A DNA stretch of 62,649 bases, filler included, from Sphacelaria rigidula (lineage: Eukaryota), in the NCBI GenBank assembly GCA_964200075.2. It is 9 parts of 9 records of this genome, joined end to end, with 100 filler letters (N's around TTAATTAATTAA, not from the genome) between each part and the next. Parts side by side here need not be neighbours in the genome. Positions count along the whole stretch, not along the records: positions 34,865 to 41,736 come from CAXNAA020017648.1; positions 41,837 to 48,707 come from CAXNAA020017649.1; positions 48,808 to 55,678 come from CAXNAA020017650.1; 6 more parts are not named here. One strand, 5' to 3'. A model generated the notes under the pieces. It was given only the letters and a program-made list of their open reading frames with translations, searched no databases and had not been told where the DNA came from. Positions 39,060-52,316 of this stretch are shown here, piece after piece (position 1 is the first letter of the stretch; each line of letters opens with the position of its first letter). The translations under genes were made by a program, and so were the position numbers.

Positions 39060-39955
39060 CCGTGGTAGAGTAGTCAACCTCTTGAAAAAATGAGACAAGG
39101 CTAACCGAGGGAATTATAGAGAAATAAAGCTACTGAGCACGGCAATGAACACATTCCGTAAGGTTCTGAACGATCGAGTAGGAACGATGCTAGAAAAGGA
39201 AGAAAAAAACAGCGAGAGGCAAGCAGGTTTTAGATCAAACCGTAGTTGCGTAGACCATGAGTACACACCAGGTGATATTATTCAAGGTAGGAAAGACGAC
39301 GGGCTTTTTCTTTCTGGGCGTACGACAGGCTATGGCACGGGATGGAGAAATGGACTGTGAAAAAGTTGTGGGAAACTGGGATCAGAGAAAAGATGCGGAG
39401 AATGGTGAACATGACAGAATGTGCCAAAACTGCAATGGTGCTAAACGGGGAAACATCGAAATAATTTGATAAGTTACAAGAGTTGCACAAGGATGTACGT
39501 TATGACTCTCTTTGTTGAAGGTACTGATTCATGACCACATGATGGCAATAGAAGCAGCAAAGCAACGAGCCAAGGTGGGTGTAGATATGGAATCAGGATT
39601 GATGTTCGCGGATGATTTCGTGGAGGTACCAGGAACACTAGAAGGATTGCAGAAACAAATAGAAGAGACACTAGAATACATTAGGAAGTGGGGAGTGACA
39701 GCAAACATCAGCAAATGCGAGAAACTTGTCAGTAGCGAAGATGAGAAAAAGCCGGTAAAGTTCAAATGAAGGTGGGGAGAGGAGCAACTGCCGATCGTAG
39801 AACAGTATACATACCTTGGTGTAGAGATCTCAAAAAACTGTTCTTGGGATGCACACATTGATGAAGTAATGGAAAAGGGTGAGGCACAGGTAGGCAGTTT
39901 TCGAGAGTGCGAAAAGATGAAGGTTCGGAAGTGTTTGAGATAATCAACAATCAAA
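39060..39955 (+). pseudogene. Non-LTR retrotransposon (LINE) reverse transcriptase fragment joined to its 3' tail
   Basis: Motifs NYREIKLLS, QAGFRSNRSCVDH, VAQGCTL, LMFADDFV, NISKC and YTYLGVEI, with stops and frameshifts. Ends gagataatcaacaatca. Confidence 0.92.
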
Positions 39956-41448
39956 ACATGCAGTGACATCCGACAGAAAAAACAATAAACGACAGAGCTG
40001 AACCCGTTCAACATTGTGACCAACATTCTGAATATGTCACAACTGGGCGTACTGTACGTACGTATATCGATTTTTTCGACGACCGCATTCATTTCCAGCG
40101 CATTGACGTCGGGAGCACACGTACAAAATTTTGGGTCAAAGCTCTTCCCCTTGAGCCGCACATGCCACTTTTCTTTGTGAAAGCGGTGCGCCCTGTGGTC
40201 TATCCTGTATAAGAGGCTTCCACGAAGGCGGAACATCTAACAAAAATCCGAGGACATTTATTATCTCTCGAAAAATGATCTTGTTTGAAACTGCCTTTTT
40301 CGCCCTCCTCTGTCGTTTTCACGTTTTTTGCTGCAGGCCAAGGTGGACTTCATCGCTGCCGAATAACAACCCGCCGATAACCGCATGAAGGATGAAGCAG
40401 GTGCGGACATCTATTGCCGTTGTCGCCTCTTTTTCGTTCATTCAAAGTTGAAATGATTTATTCGCGCCCCTCCCCTGTTTCCCGTGGAGCGTGCTATTCC
40501 TGTTTCCTCACGATGTACATGAGGTAGTATCCTCCTTTTCAGAAGCGCCCTCTCCGTTACGTCTTTGATTTTTCTTCTCTTGCTGAAAATTGCTGTTTGT
40601 CGACGTCATTACTTCCGCAGTGCGTATTCTACGTGGTGAGGCAGGGTTTGGGATCCCCCTCCACGCTGTCCGATGCTCGGAGATCGCACTATCCGGCTTC
40701 AACTCTGGAGAAAAAGCAAGTGAGGAGGGATTAGTCAAAGGCTACGGCCTTCCCTTCAACATCAAACCGCCTGCAAACGCCCGGATTCGACAACCTCGTC
40801 CGTTTATCCGAAAGTGTGCCGGACTCTTCGAAAAAACGCCGCTTTTCTTCGGCGGGGAGGCCGTCGGGGCCTCGCTCCCATCAACGACGACAAAAAAATA
40901 ACTCAGGATAACATTATTTTCTGGTACCGGGCGAGGTCTCGCCGTCACACCTTCGCGTAAATTTCCGTAGCCTGGGTGTTTCATTCCATTTTCTGGGTTA
41001 CAGTTGCTCGGCGATCGCGGGTATAAATGAATCCTGGACGTCAACAGGGCTGACGACTAGCCGAGCCCATCACCGTGGTTCATTTTCCCTGACCACCTGT
41101 GCACGGCTGAGTTTGAGTCATCACGACCTGGAATGTCGGCACGACGTGGACAGTGGCCAAGCATCCGACGAATAATACATAATATACATACATATGAATA
41201 GAAAAAGTGCAGCAAATGAAAAAAATGACCGATGCTACGAAAGGGGAGGAGGTTATTTCAATACCTCGACGTCGAGCCTCACAGCCAGGTGTGTCACAGG
41301 ACCTAAAACACTCCTGGTGCGCTTTGTTCAGGACGGAACAGTGTTGACCAGTATGAAGCACTGTGTTTTATTGGAACCAAGCGCATTCGAACAGATGTTA
41401 CTGCTTATAACGATGATATTACGTAGCATATTCGTGACCCCCTCCAAA

Positions 41449-41491
<43 letters not shown>

Positions 41492-41978
41492 ACTCCCTAA
41501 CCCCTCCCCCCCGGCGGGCGCCCTCTCTCCACAAGTATCAAAATGAAACGCAATAATAGAATCTGACGACCCAACCCACGAGAGCTGACAGATCTCGAAC
41601 GTCGCTTCAATGGTTAGTTACTGCATACTATGAGCCCATAGTGAAAAATGTCTCGTAATTCGGGTATAACAGTGTTTTCGTGAGATTGAGAGTAGATGAT
41701 ACGATTGAGAGTGGCTTTGATCATTCGCTTTAAGTGNNNNNNNNNNNNNNNNNNNNNNNNNNNNNNNNNNNNNNNNNNNNTTAATTAATTAANNNNNNNN
41801 NNNNNNNNNNNNNNNNNNNNNNNNNNNNNNNNNNNNAGGTCAGGGAAAGCACGGCTTTTGAGTTGAACCTCATTTTTTTTTCAACCCCATTTTCGAGAAT
41901 CGGCTGTTAGGTGCTGTATGCCCATTTTTTTCGTGGCACTTTCAGCTGGTTTTTGGGGGGGGGCTATCGTACAAAATG

Positions 41979-44900
41979 CCTTTTTTCGAATTCACATCTG
42001 ATCAGACCCGCAGCTATTAAATCCCAGGATTGATCATGAACGCCTTCTAGCTTTATGACACTAGCCCATCCAGACGAACTCCAAGACTGCAAGGGATCCA
42101 GTGCCAGTCATACAAGTCAAGAGCGAGAATACGAAAAGCTCCAGTAACCGAGGATGAAGGTGCTCCACGCAAGTTCCATTCGTGGTCCGTGATTGTGCGC
42201 AGGAGGAGCTCCGGTGGTAGGCTGCTGAAGGAGTCGGTGGGTGGCACTGGTGTGTCCTGAATGATGGAAACAGGGGGAAATATCTAAACGACAGGGGAAG
42301 AAAAGAAAAGAGAAAGGAGATGATCTCATGGATCGAAAAGCAGGAGGTCTGTGGAAACTTGAAGTTTTGCGTTAACATCATGTGTGCGATCGATGTTATT
42401 ATGTTGGATTCCGCGGCGGAGGCCTTTTGACTGGTGGTATAAAGCTCTGGGCGGAGCTTGAGCTGCACGGGTCCGGGGACATCGATGAAGCGCACGACGT
42501 GTGTGTCATGCGCGGCTAGGTCTGTGGAGTGGGTCTGGCCCAGCCAGCAGAGGTTGTCGCTGCCTTTGTACCAGAGGTAGGCGCTTTTGGGGAGGATTTC
42601 CTGTTTCGCGCGGATCTTTTCCTTCCGATGCTTGGTGGCTACCATTCATAGCCATCGGGGACAAAGCGCAAACCTTTGTCACGGTGAAGTTCGCGTGCTG
42701 CTGCGCCGTGGGGCATGTTGCGATATTTCTTGTTGTTAATAAGATGTTGCTGCTGAAGTTGTGTGCAGTACAGAAGAATAACTCGGCGGTGCAGCTGAAG
42801 ATCGGATTCACGTTCCCAGGACGCTCTTCGAAGGCCTTGCCAGTGCGTTTTGTACATGACAGCAATGTTACCTCCTTGACCGCGGGTGACCTGGTGACCG
42901 GAGATATGGAACACGGCGAGGCGAAGGGGTTGTTCCGTCACGTCGTCGGTAGTAACGTGATGAGGCGGTAATTTGATCGAATAGCTGTTAAGCACGTATT
43001 GCGTAAGACCGGCAGGCAGATATTTGGGCATATCGCTAGTGTCATGCGGCTTTGTGCAAGGTTTGCAACGGTGCACAGAGACGCGGGATTTGGCGTCATG
43101 TCCCTGAAGATCGCGAGGGAGATCGAGATAAAGAAGTTTGTCGCCAACAGGCCTGCCATCAGGTGACGATGGCAAGGGCCCTACGGTCAGAATCTTGAAT
43201 GGTCCTGTCCAGCTCAGGGAGAGCTTAGTCTTCAAGACTGTCTCGTTGGCGGCTCTGTCGGCGCCTTGGCGGATGGTCGACAAACTGTTGTAAACCCAGA
43301 CCCAATCGCCAACCTTCCAAGTAGGTCGTTTGTACATCAAATTGTAGAGAGCATTATTAGATTTGTCAAGGCGCGAGGCGTTGATAGCGTGTTGTTCACG
43401 CACGAGAGTGAAAGCTTTGCGCGGGCTTGCACGCGCCAGGTCATGGTAGGATATCTGATCCTGATCTAAGCCTTGGTGGCCATCGAAGGTGTGCCTCTCA
43501 AACACGGTGATGGGCAGATGGGCGTAGCGGCCGAGATGAAACTCGTCCGGAGAGAGATCGCTAGCAGCGTTGACCGGCTTATTTTAAGACAGTATGACAT
43601 GTGAAAGATGGAGGTCCCAATCGTTTTGACGATCGTTGACGACCATGGATAGCATCTGGGCCACGATGTGATTAACTCTTTCAGTACCACCGTTATCATT
43701 AGGGTGGTAAGCGCTTGTGAACATGTTGCGCATGTCCAGAAGCGTATACAGTTCGTCCGAGAGATCGGAGCAGAATTCCTGACCATTGTTGGAGAGAAGC
43801 CGTTTCGGGCAACCATAGTGCTTGATATATATAGTCGTGAACCAAGATGTTAGCTGTGCCTGCGGCTGTGAAGTCTCCAGCGGTGACTGCGTACATGGAC
43901 GCATGGTGATTAAAACAGTCAGTAAAGAGTAAGACGTAGTTGTTGCCACGGTCAGTTGGCGGTAAAGGACCAAAATAGTCGAAAGACACGAGGTGACCAG
44001 GAGCGTTGGGAAGTGATGACTGGCCAACGTATTGTCTACCGTGAGGTTTTGCGAGCTTGGCACTTGAAGCATCGCCGAATCCAGAAGCGGGTGGACACTT
44101 CCATACCGATCCACCAGTAGAAACGTTCGAGTAACACTAATGTGCGCGTGACACCAAGGTGGCAAGATAGATCAGTGTGGCAGCCGTTCATTACCCACGG
44201 TCGCATCAAAAATGGGACATATATCCGGGTGGGTTCATCGTCGAGTAGGCGTGCATGACGTTCAGTGGTCGCGGGTGAAGTTACACCCGGCTGGGGCGTA
44301 GGGTGGCGGACAATCAGTTGGATACCGTCATCAGGTGTGAAAATAATACTTTCACGTGCGAGTTCATGCACCTCAGAGGCGTTTGGTGGTGGCAGTGTAC
44401 CAACCGGGGCCAGGACATTGGCCGGGATAGGGACAGGGCAGCCAGCACGGAGGTACCGCAGGGTTGCGCGGCATAATGGTTCTGCTTGTTGTTCACGAGC
44501 CCAGTCACGATGGGAGTAACTGGCGAGGAACTCGCGCAGTTGGCCTTCCGCCGGGGAGCCGACCAGACATGGTGGCTCAGGAAGCGGTGGAACAGGCGAC
44601 GGGGCGGAGGTGCCAACGTCGATGTGTACATCGGGATCATCAGAAGGGGTGGGCACTGACGGTGCCGCGAAGGGCGGCGTTGTCGAAGTAGTGCGCACCG
44701 GAGAGCGTGCTCGGCGCTTCTTGTGAGAATTGCATGTGGCAGATGTGTCAAGGCTCGTGGTGCGCTGTTGCGGGGAGCTGGTGCTACGCTGCTCGTGGGA
44801 GCAGTAGGTGTTGTCGGTGGCGGCGGGGCGCGGGTAGGGTTAGCGCGGGCGGCAGACCGAGAGCGTGTATTGTCGGAAATGAGATGGACACCTGAAGGTG

Positions 44901-47900
44901 GCGGAGCTGAAATATTTGCGCGGGGGCCGATAGTGCGGAAATCGACGAAATCGGCGTTTGTGGACTTGAGCCCATCCGAGACTGCACTATACGGTAGGGG
45001 CGAGGGCCGCCCACGTGCATACACGTCTCTAGGCAATGAAGGTCAAGGGCGTAGATGAGCGTTGAGAAACGCCGGATGGGGTACACGCCTGGTTCATCGG
45101 GTTCAGCAAGTCGGCAAGCTGGGCTGAAATCTACAGCCTTTGGAGGGAGGGGTAGGCGGGAGAGAAGGTCAGCATTTCCGTTGGTTTTGCCAGGGCGGTG
45201 TTTGGCAGTATACTGACGAGATGTCAGGAACTCCAACCAGCGTTGCACACGCGTGTTATGTTCGCCAATCTTTGCGAGTTGTTCAAGTGCTCCGTGATCT
45301 GTATAGATTTGGAAAGGCACGTGGAACAAGTATTGTAGAAGGCGCTTTTTTGACCAAGTGATAACTCCGCGTTCCAACTCCAGTTGGCTTCACTTGGCCT
45401 CGTTTGGCAGGGTGGCGCGACTGATATAGAGGATGAGTCGAATATAGCCATCGAGTTGAGGCGGATTCAGGACCGCGCCGAACCCGTCGGTGCTAGCGTC
45501 TGTGTGCAGTTGAAAGAGGTGAGAGCCGTCTTCTACTGCACCCCAGTCTGGGAAACAAAGCATCGATTTTTCGGTGAGCGTTTTCAGCAATTCGCGAGCA
45601 ATAGCTTTCATATCTTTGGTGAATACAAGGGCGGCGCCTTTTTGAGCAAGTCCGTGAGGGGGCGAATCCGTTTAGACAGGTTAGGCAAAATATTGCGATA
45701 GTAAGACAGTCCACCCAGTAATGACCGGAGTTGAATAATGTTCGTGGGCATCGGCAATTCAGTCATTGCTGTGACTTTGTTAGTTTCCGGGTGTAGACCC
45801 GCTGGTGAAATTGAGTGTCCCGAAAAATCCACTTCAGTCGCGCCAAGGCAAGCTTTGGATGGTGATCGTTTCAAATCGTGCGTCCGCAGTCGAGAAAGAA
45901 ACCCGGGTAAGGTGCGCACATGTGCAAGAGGGGAGGCATCGAAGGCGATAGCGTCGGCCAAGTACATGATGGCGTGTTCAAGGTTCTCTGTAACGTGCTG
46001 CATTAAGCCTTGGAAACAGCCTGGTGCAGTGGCGGCGTCTTGTGGCATACGGAGCCACTTGTAGAGCCCGGAAGATGTACAGAACGCTGTCAGCGAGACT
46101 GTGTCAGGGTGAATGGCGTTCTGGAAAAAATCAGGAGCAAGGTCGAAGGTACTAAATATTTTGCCTTCGCCTAGAGGGTCGAAGACTTCATCTATGCGAG
46201 GGGTTGGAAGTTTCCCCACCACAGTTTCGCGGTTCAGCCGTTGAAAATTCACGGTGATGCGGATGTTTTCATGCTTTTTGGGGACTACCACTAGGGTTGA
46301 GGCCCATGGAGAGGATGGGTGTTGGATTAATCCGGCACCTAAGTACGCGTCTAAAATGGCGTTCACGTTTTGGTAAGGATGGGGTTCGTCCGATAAGGAC
46401 GGGAAGAAATTGGCGAAACGCCAGGTTGAAGTGTGATTTCAAAGAGCAGCATTTAGCGATGTTCCAGATCCGTTTTGTATTGAGAAAACCGGTCTTGGTA
46501 CTCCAATATAACATCACTCAATTATTTGATTACAGCGGGTTCCCAGCCGGGTTCATGTAGGTGAAAGTTGATGTCACGAAAATGAGATGGAACTTGATTC
46601 CACATGTGCAAGCAATTTTCCCGAGATTCTGGTGATAGGCGTTGGAGCATTTCAGCAGGAGGGTCGGAGGTTGACAGTGCAGGGTCCACGGTGTGGATAC
46701 GTGATGGAGGCGAAGATGTTACGTCGAAGTAAGGCTCATCGACGCAATTGACAAAACCGTCTGTCGGAGGCGCCGAGTTGAGTGTCGAGGGTTCAGTGGC
46801 ACATGTCTCAAGTGAAATGTGCATGAGGGGAGCAGCAGCGATACCCAAAACATCTCCGGGTTCCAAGTTAGCATGATCCGTGAGGGGCAAAAGTTGTTTT
46901 CCTGCGGAGACAAAGTGTTCTGTGCCGGCTGGCGCACCAACCCGAGAAATCATTTCGGTGGGGCAATGTCCCGTAAGGGTAGGCATACCATTTCGGCGAA
47001 CGGGGGCAACTGCCAGCAGTTGAGGATCATCGGAGAGGGTAACACCAGCACTATCACCGTATCGTAGGTGGTAAGCAGCTCCGGTAGCTTGCGCATTTGG
47101 TAGGCCAAGGCGCCGTGAAGAGTACCGAAATGTTCCAGATTGAGGTTTCCACGAGGCGCAGACTGTGGCGATAATGGTGGTAGCGTGCGGTAGGTGCGTT
47201 GATCAAACCGCATGTAAATATCTCGGCCCATTAGCAAGGCGTGACTGCAAGGCTGGCAGAACGAGTTGTGTTGTGAAAGAAATGAACACTGAGACGAAGT
47301 GATTTTCGTGTGGTCAAAGGTGCGGCGGAGTCACCAAAACCGCTCCATACTCGAGGTTGGGTGGTGATTTCGCAAGCTGCTGAAGCAGCACCAATCTGTT
47401 TCATGTATTCCTACATTGATTCACAAATAAATGTTTGTGAGCTGCCGCTATCTAACACGGAGACACAGTTGGCAGGCGTGGTTGCGTATGACCCACAATG
47501 GAGCGCTACGCGAGTAGTAAAAGTGGCAGGATCAACAGACACTTTACCGCCGACAAGATCCGGACCATGTTCAGCCAAGGCGAATTGATCGGGATCAGCA
47601 ATGCTGACGGCGAAAACGGATGGCAAGTGATCCGCCGGGGGGTCAACTTTCTCACCGAAAGGTTTGGTGGATGGTATGTGATCCCCAGGGTGAGCACAGC
47701 TCCGCTGGTCATTAGCAATTTCATAGATGACCGTACTGGGAAGACAGGGGTCAACGTCTAAAGTGGATTCATTCTGGTCAGGGCCGTTCGTAGAAGACGC
47801 AGAAACATCTGAAATATCTGATTTGGATTCTTATGTGATGCCGAATAAGTCCTACCGTCGACGCCAGTTGTTATGGGGTTGTGAAGCATGCTCCTCTCTG

Positions 47901-48247
47901 TGCACGCGGGTCAAGTCTGGCAGACCTGGCGAGGTCAGTCCTCTCAGGTTACAGTCGTGCCCGAAGTAGTTCACACCTCAATAGTTTCACGCAGTAAGCT
48001 ATATTCACTTGATACAAAATACTCTTGTTCACTCGTATTCGCTATCGCTCGGTTCAATGCTCTCTCACGTTGCTCTCCGGCTATAGAAATTGCGTAGCTG
48101 TCAGCTCTACATAGCGAGTAGCCAGGAGGTGGTGCCGACCCTAGCCTGTTCCCTTTTTTCGAATTCCTATCCGACCTAGTCAAGTTTGATCAGACCCGCA
48201 ACTATTTAATCCCAGGTTTGATCATGAAGGCCTTCTAGCTCATGACA
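41979..48247 (-). mobile_element. Nearly full-length decayed Ty3/Gypsy LTR retrotransposon (chromovirus-like): PR-RT-RH-INT-chromo; most of gag deleted
   Basis: Protease VLDSGS (47411..47626). RT (45608..46366) with WASTLVVVPKK, FSTFDLA, WLRMP and YLAD in place of YLDD. RNase H LHTDASTDGFGAVL...NGNADLLSR. Integrase H..CHLG..C..C, SFDYFGPLP, TSAYHPNDNGGTERVN. WTGPF and chromo-like YKTHWQGLRRASWERESDL. LTR copies start TGTCAT at 48247 and 42060, with a PPT-like GGATGGGCTAG before the 3' LTR. Confidence 0.95.
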
Positions 48248-48899
48248 CAAATCAAATCCTTATTGCTTGACAATGTTGCACACCCTAGACCATACAACAT
48301 GTTTCCAATATATATTAGTCGATCATATTGGAATTTTGCGATATATTGCTGGTGTAATATATATATATATATATATTGGTACCCTTGGACTGCACATGTA
48401 TTGCGCGCCCAATATATATTGATGTCGTGGGACTGCGTACAACACTATGTTCGTGACATTCAGAACGTAGTTTCAGATTCAGAATGGATGCTCTAGCGTT
48501 CTTGGCAGGTAACTTGTTTTTTTTGCTTGAGCACACGTCCTGTGCATGCAGCTACCGTACAGTACCCCATTCGAGGAATTCGGCGGTCTGGATGGTGAGA
48601 TAACATTAAGCATTTTTACGCCTGGGGGGCATTTCGGAACTGAAACTGTTCCAGGCACTAATCGGTTTTTCCTGAAAGAGGGGATTTTCTGTTGCAATGG
48701 ACTGACTNNNNNNNNNNNNNNNNNNNNNNNNNNNNNNNNNNNNNNNNNNNNTTAATTAATTAANNNNNNNNNNNNNNNNNNNNNNNNNNNNNNNNNNNNN
48801 NNNNNNNGGGGGAAGCGCTGTTTTAGGCTTGAACCCCATCTCGAAGTTAAATCTCAATTCTCACAATTTGTTGTTTACAGGTGACCCCTTAGCTCCTGC

Positions 48900-51486
48900 A
48901 GCGGAACGGTGAAGTTGTTTCTCTCTAGTCTTGGGTTGTTCATCTCGAAATAGATACCACTTTATTTCGCGTCGCTTGCTTGACGGAAAACAGATTTCGT
49001 CCCAAGCCAGGCACGACCAAACACGAAATCTGGACCAGGCGTTCGACCTCTTCGTCGTCTTTGATGTGTCCGCGGAGCAGCCCCTTACCAACCCCTGCCA
49101 GTTGGTGCCCCCCTGCGCTGGTGATCTCACGCGAGATCGCCAGTTCCTGGTAGTTGTAGAGTTTGTGTCGCAGCCCCGGGATGAGGATATCGCCAAAGTA
49201 AGGTCCCGACGCGCTACTGTCTACCATGACACTGACAGAGCTGACAGAGCTGTTGTTGCCCTCCTTCCACTTGTCGAGAACGGGCCCCGCCGCGAGAGCC
49301 GACCCATCATCAGCGTTGGTGATACCGCCAAATGTTTCAGCGTTGTCGTAGGGGTTCGACGTGGCTCGGTGATGTGATGAGCTCCCAAACATCAACCAGA
49401 CGTGATGAACCACGGATATTATGGCCAACGCGCGGGCTATTGGGGAAAGTGCCTCCTTGATTTCCCCCAATATGTTGTGAGTCCTACGCCGGAACTCCAG
49501 ACCCCCGGCCTCCTCGGCCCCGTCCGTCCCTTCGAAGGCGCCGAAGAGTCCGCTGCTGTCAAATGAAGCAACGGGTTTTTTCGTCGGAAAATTTTGTCCG
49601 TTTCCCGGGGATTTCGTGTTCAGGGCACTTCTAAGGCATTGAAGGAGATGGCCGGGATCTATTCCCTTGCACCGGTGACTGATGGGTATCCCGACCACTG
49701 CGCGAGATTTGCTGCCTGCTGGTTGCGCCGTTGCAAGAAACGGCCCTCTTCGTCGCTGTGGGTCTTTGACATGTGGAAGGAGCACCACTTGTCTTCTGCC
49801 CCCTTTTCCTTGTCTTCCCCTGTCAGTGCTTGGGTGGCGTTTCGAGCGGGGCAATTTCTTTTAACGTGGCCTCGCTTTCTGCAGCGGAAACATACTGTGC
49901 GATTTCTTCTGCTATCACCACGTGCACTGGTCTGCATAGCGACCCCGCGGCCTGCGACCAAGTTGATGGCGTCTGGACGAGAGAGATAGTCGGTATACAT
50001 GGTGCTGATCATGTATCAGATATCCGCCAGATTAAAATCACGCCTCTCGCAGCTAGCAATACAAATCCTTTCGTACTCGGCAGGCAGGGCTTGTAGGGTA
50101 ATGTCCTCGTACCGCTCATCGGGTATACATTGTCCCATTTCATCTAGGTTGTCATGGTAGCCGTCCATGACAAACAGAAAGTCTTCCGGATCATCTCCGG
50201 ACAGCATCGTTGTGGTGTGAAGTTTGTCATGGAACTACCTTCGCGCCTCTTTGCTGTTCCCATTATATTTGTTGTGCAGCGCTGCCCATGCTGCTTGTCC
50301 GTCCCCGATCCCATCCTCTTGGGTTTTCCCCACATGACGTCTGACGGTATTGCTTGCTGATTTCTCCGTGCTAAAAAACAGAATACTAGACAGATCATCA
50401 TTGTTTGCACAATCCCACGCAACTGAAGTTGTCGTATGACAGGGTGGTTGGTCATCATTGATTACCGTGGATCTGGGTCTTTGCCGCCCCTGCAGGATTT
50501 CTGCGGCCGCATTGTGGTGAAGGGACGGGATCACCCGGAGTTTATCTTCATGTTCCCGGAAGCTCGCTTTGTTCCTGCCATCGAACTTTGGACAGAGTGT
50601 CAGTACCCCTCGAATACCCTCATTGTCCGACATGTGAATCGTGTTCGTCGCTCTGCTCGAACTTCACAGATGAAGGGTGTACAAAGGTGTACAAGTATCG
50701 TTTCCCCACCACACAATTGACTTTGCTCACCGTCACTTGACTCGTCGGTAGCTCAAAAAAATCTAATACGTCAACGAATAGCACGCAGAACAGTCCCCAC
50801 CGTAGCAGCGTCCACCGGACGTGACGCTTAACTCACACTAATGGACAACGCAACATAGAACATCGATGTCCACGGTGTCGGGGTCGCCGCCACGGCTCTG
50901 CTCTTGTATATAGTAGACGCGTGCAATTTTCCCCCAAAAGGATCCGGTGATTGTCCCGCTGTTTCAAAATCACGTATGTTACGAGGTGCCCACAGGAGTG
51001 TGCCGTCCTCACTTCGTGACACACTGTTGCAGACGCACACAGGTGTAGTGCCGTCTTCACTTTGACTCAACTCACGTTGTTCCCCAGCAAAGACCCTTCC
51101 TTTTTTCTGCTGCCTTCCTTTTTTCCGAAGTCCGACCCTTAGACGCCAACGCCGAGGCTCATAACCTATTAGAAAAGCTGTCGCTAGGACCCCTTTGACG
51201 TGATCACTAGAGGCGCAACGGCACTTCAGCCGAGCAAGTAGACAAGCTGCTTCGGAGTGTAGACAGAAGATAGTGTTCAAGGTGCCGCTTGCGGGCAAGA
51301 CAGTCCGAACAACCCACTGTGTTGAACGGTCAACCGAGGAGAGTGGGGGCAACCCGACTACTGCTGCGCTCCATATCAGACCAAACTATCGTGAGCAGTA
51401 CCGGCAATCCACACAATGCCCCCATATAAATACAATACCATACGAAGCGCTGACGAGAGTAAGCCTCACAGTCTCATTTTCCAAAG
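48900..51486 (-). mobile_element. Ty1/Copia 5' half: LTR (~51167-51486), PBS, gag with zinc knuckle, protease; decayed
   Basis: PBS GGTTATGAGCC (51156-51166, minus) next to the LTR end. Gag PKFDGRNKASFRE. Knuckle CFRCRKRGHVKRNC. Protease MVDSSASGPYF, then LVVPGLGRNLFSVKQA. Confidence 0.9.
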
Positions 51487-51864
51487 TGAATCTGGATTAC
51501 ACAACTAGCAATCATACGGCAGCACAGCAGCATTTGGAACGGCGAGTGTGTTAATTGTCCTCCTGACCTAACTTCTTGTGATATCGGGGTTTCGGGAATG
51601 TACCCCACCCTCCCTACCGTCGCTTGGAGAAATTACCAACTGTGTGGTGGACGAGGCAACACTTGCCGATCATTCGTCAGGGTAATAGACAGCTTGCATT
51701 TGTACGCAGAGGTGACGGAGCTATGGCCAGAGACGATCCCATCATGACATGCTACGGTGGGATGGAACGAGTAACGAAGGTGATGAGTTCAAAAAAACTA
51801 AATTTTACGACCGAAAGTGAGTATGCTTTGTTAAAAAATATATCACGTCGGAGGAACCACACAT

Positions 51865-52316
51865 GACTCTAACGCTGGAGTGATTTATCATGAAAAACGA
51901 CGAGCATAACTAGTTTGCTCGAGTTACATATTTTTTCACCACGAGCACCGACTCGAGTTCTCGAGTCGTTTGTTTTTTGCAACCACGATCAATGACTCGT
52001 GTGCTCGAGTCATTTATTGTTTTCCCCACGAGCAATGGCTCGTGTGCTCAAGATGTTCATTTCTTGAACTACGAGCACTGACTTGTGTGCTCGAGTCATT
52101 TATCGTTTTCCCCGCGAACAATAACATTTGTTTAACCACGAACAAACTCCCGTTCACTCGGGCCATTCATTTTTTGAACCACGAGCAATGAGTCGACTGC
52201 TCGAGCTATTCAGTTTTTGAACCACGAGTAATGACTCGTGTATTGGCGTCCGTTACTATTCCCATCACGAGTGATGACTGGTCAGCTCGAGTCATTTATT
52301 TTTTCCACAACGAGCT
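51865..52316. repeat. Degenerate ~43-bp tandem repeat, about 10 copies, with an internal palindrome
   Basis: Unit ccacgagcaatgactcgtgtgctcgagtcatttattttt; atgactcg/cgagtcat can pair. Confidence 0.85.

Noticed and set aside
51865..52316. CRISPR-like array of palindromic repeats
   Set aside because: Units are degenerate and contiguous with no unique spacers; no cas genes; eukaryotic context.
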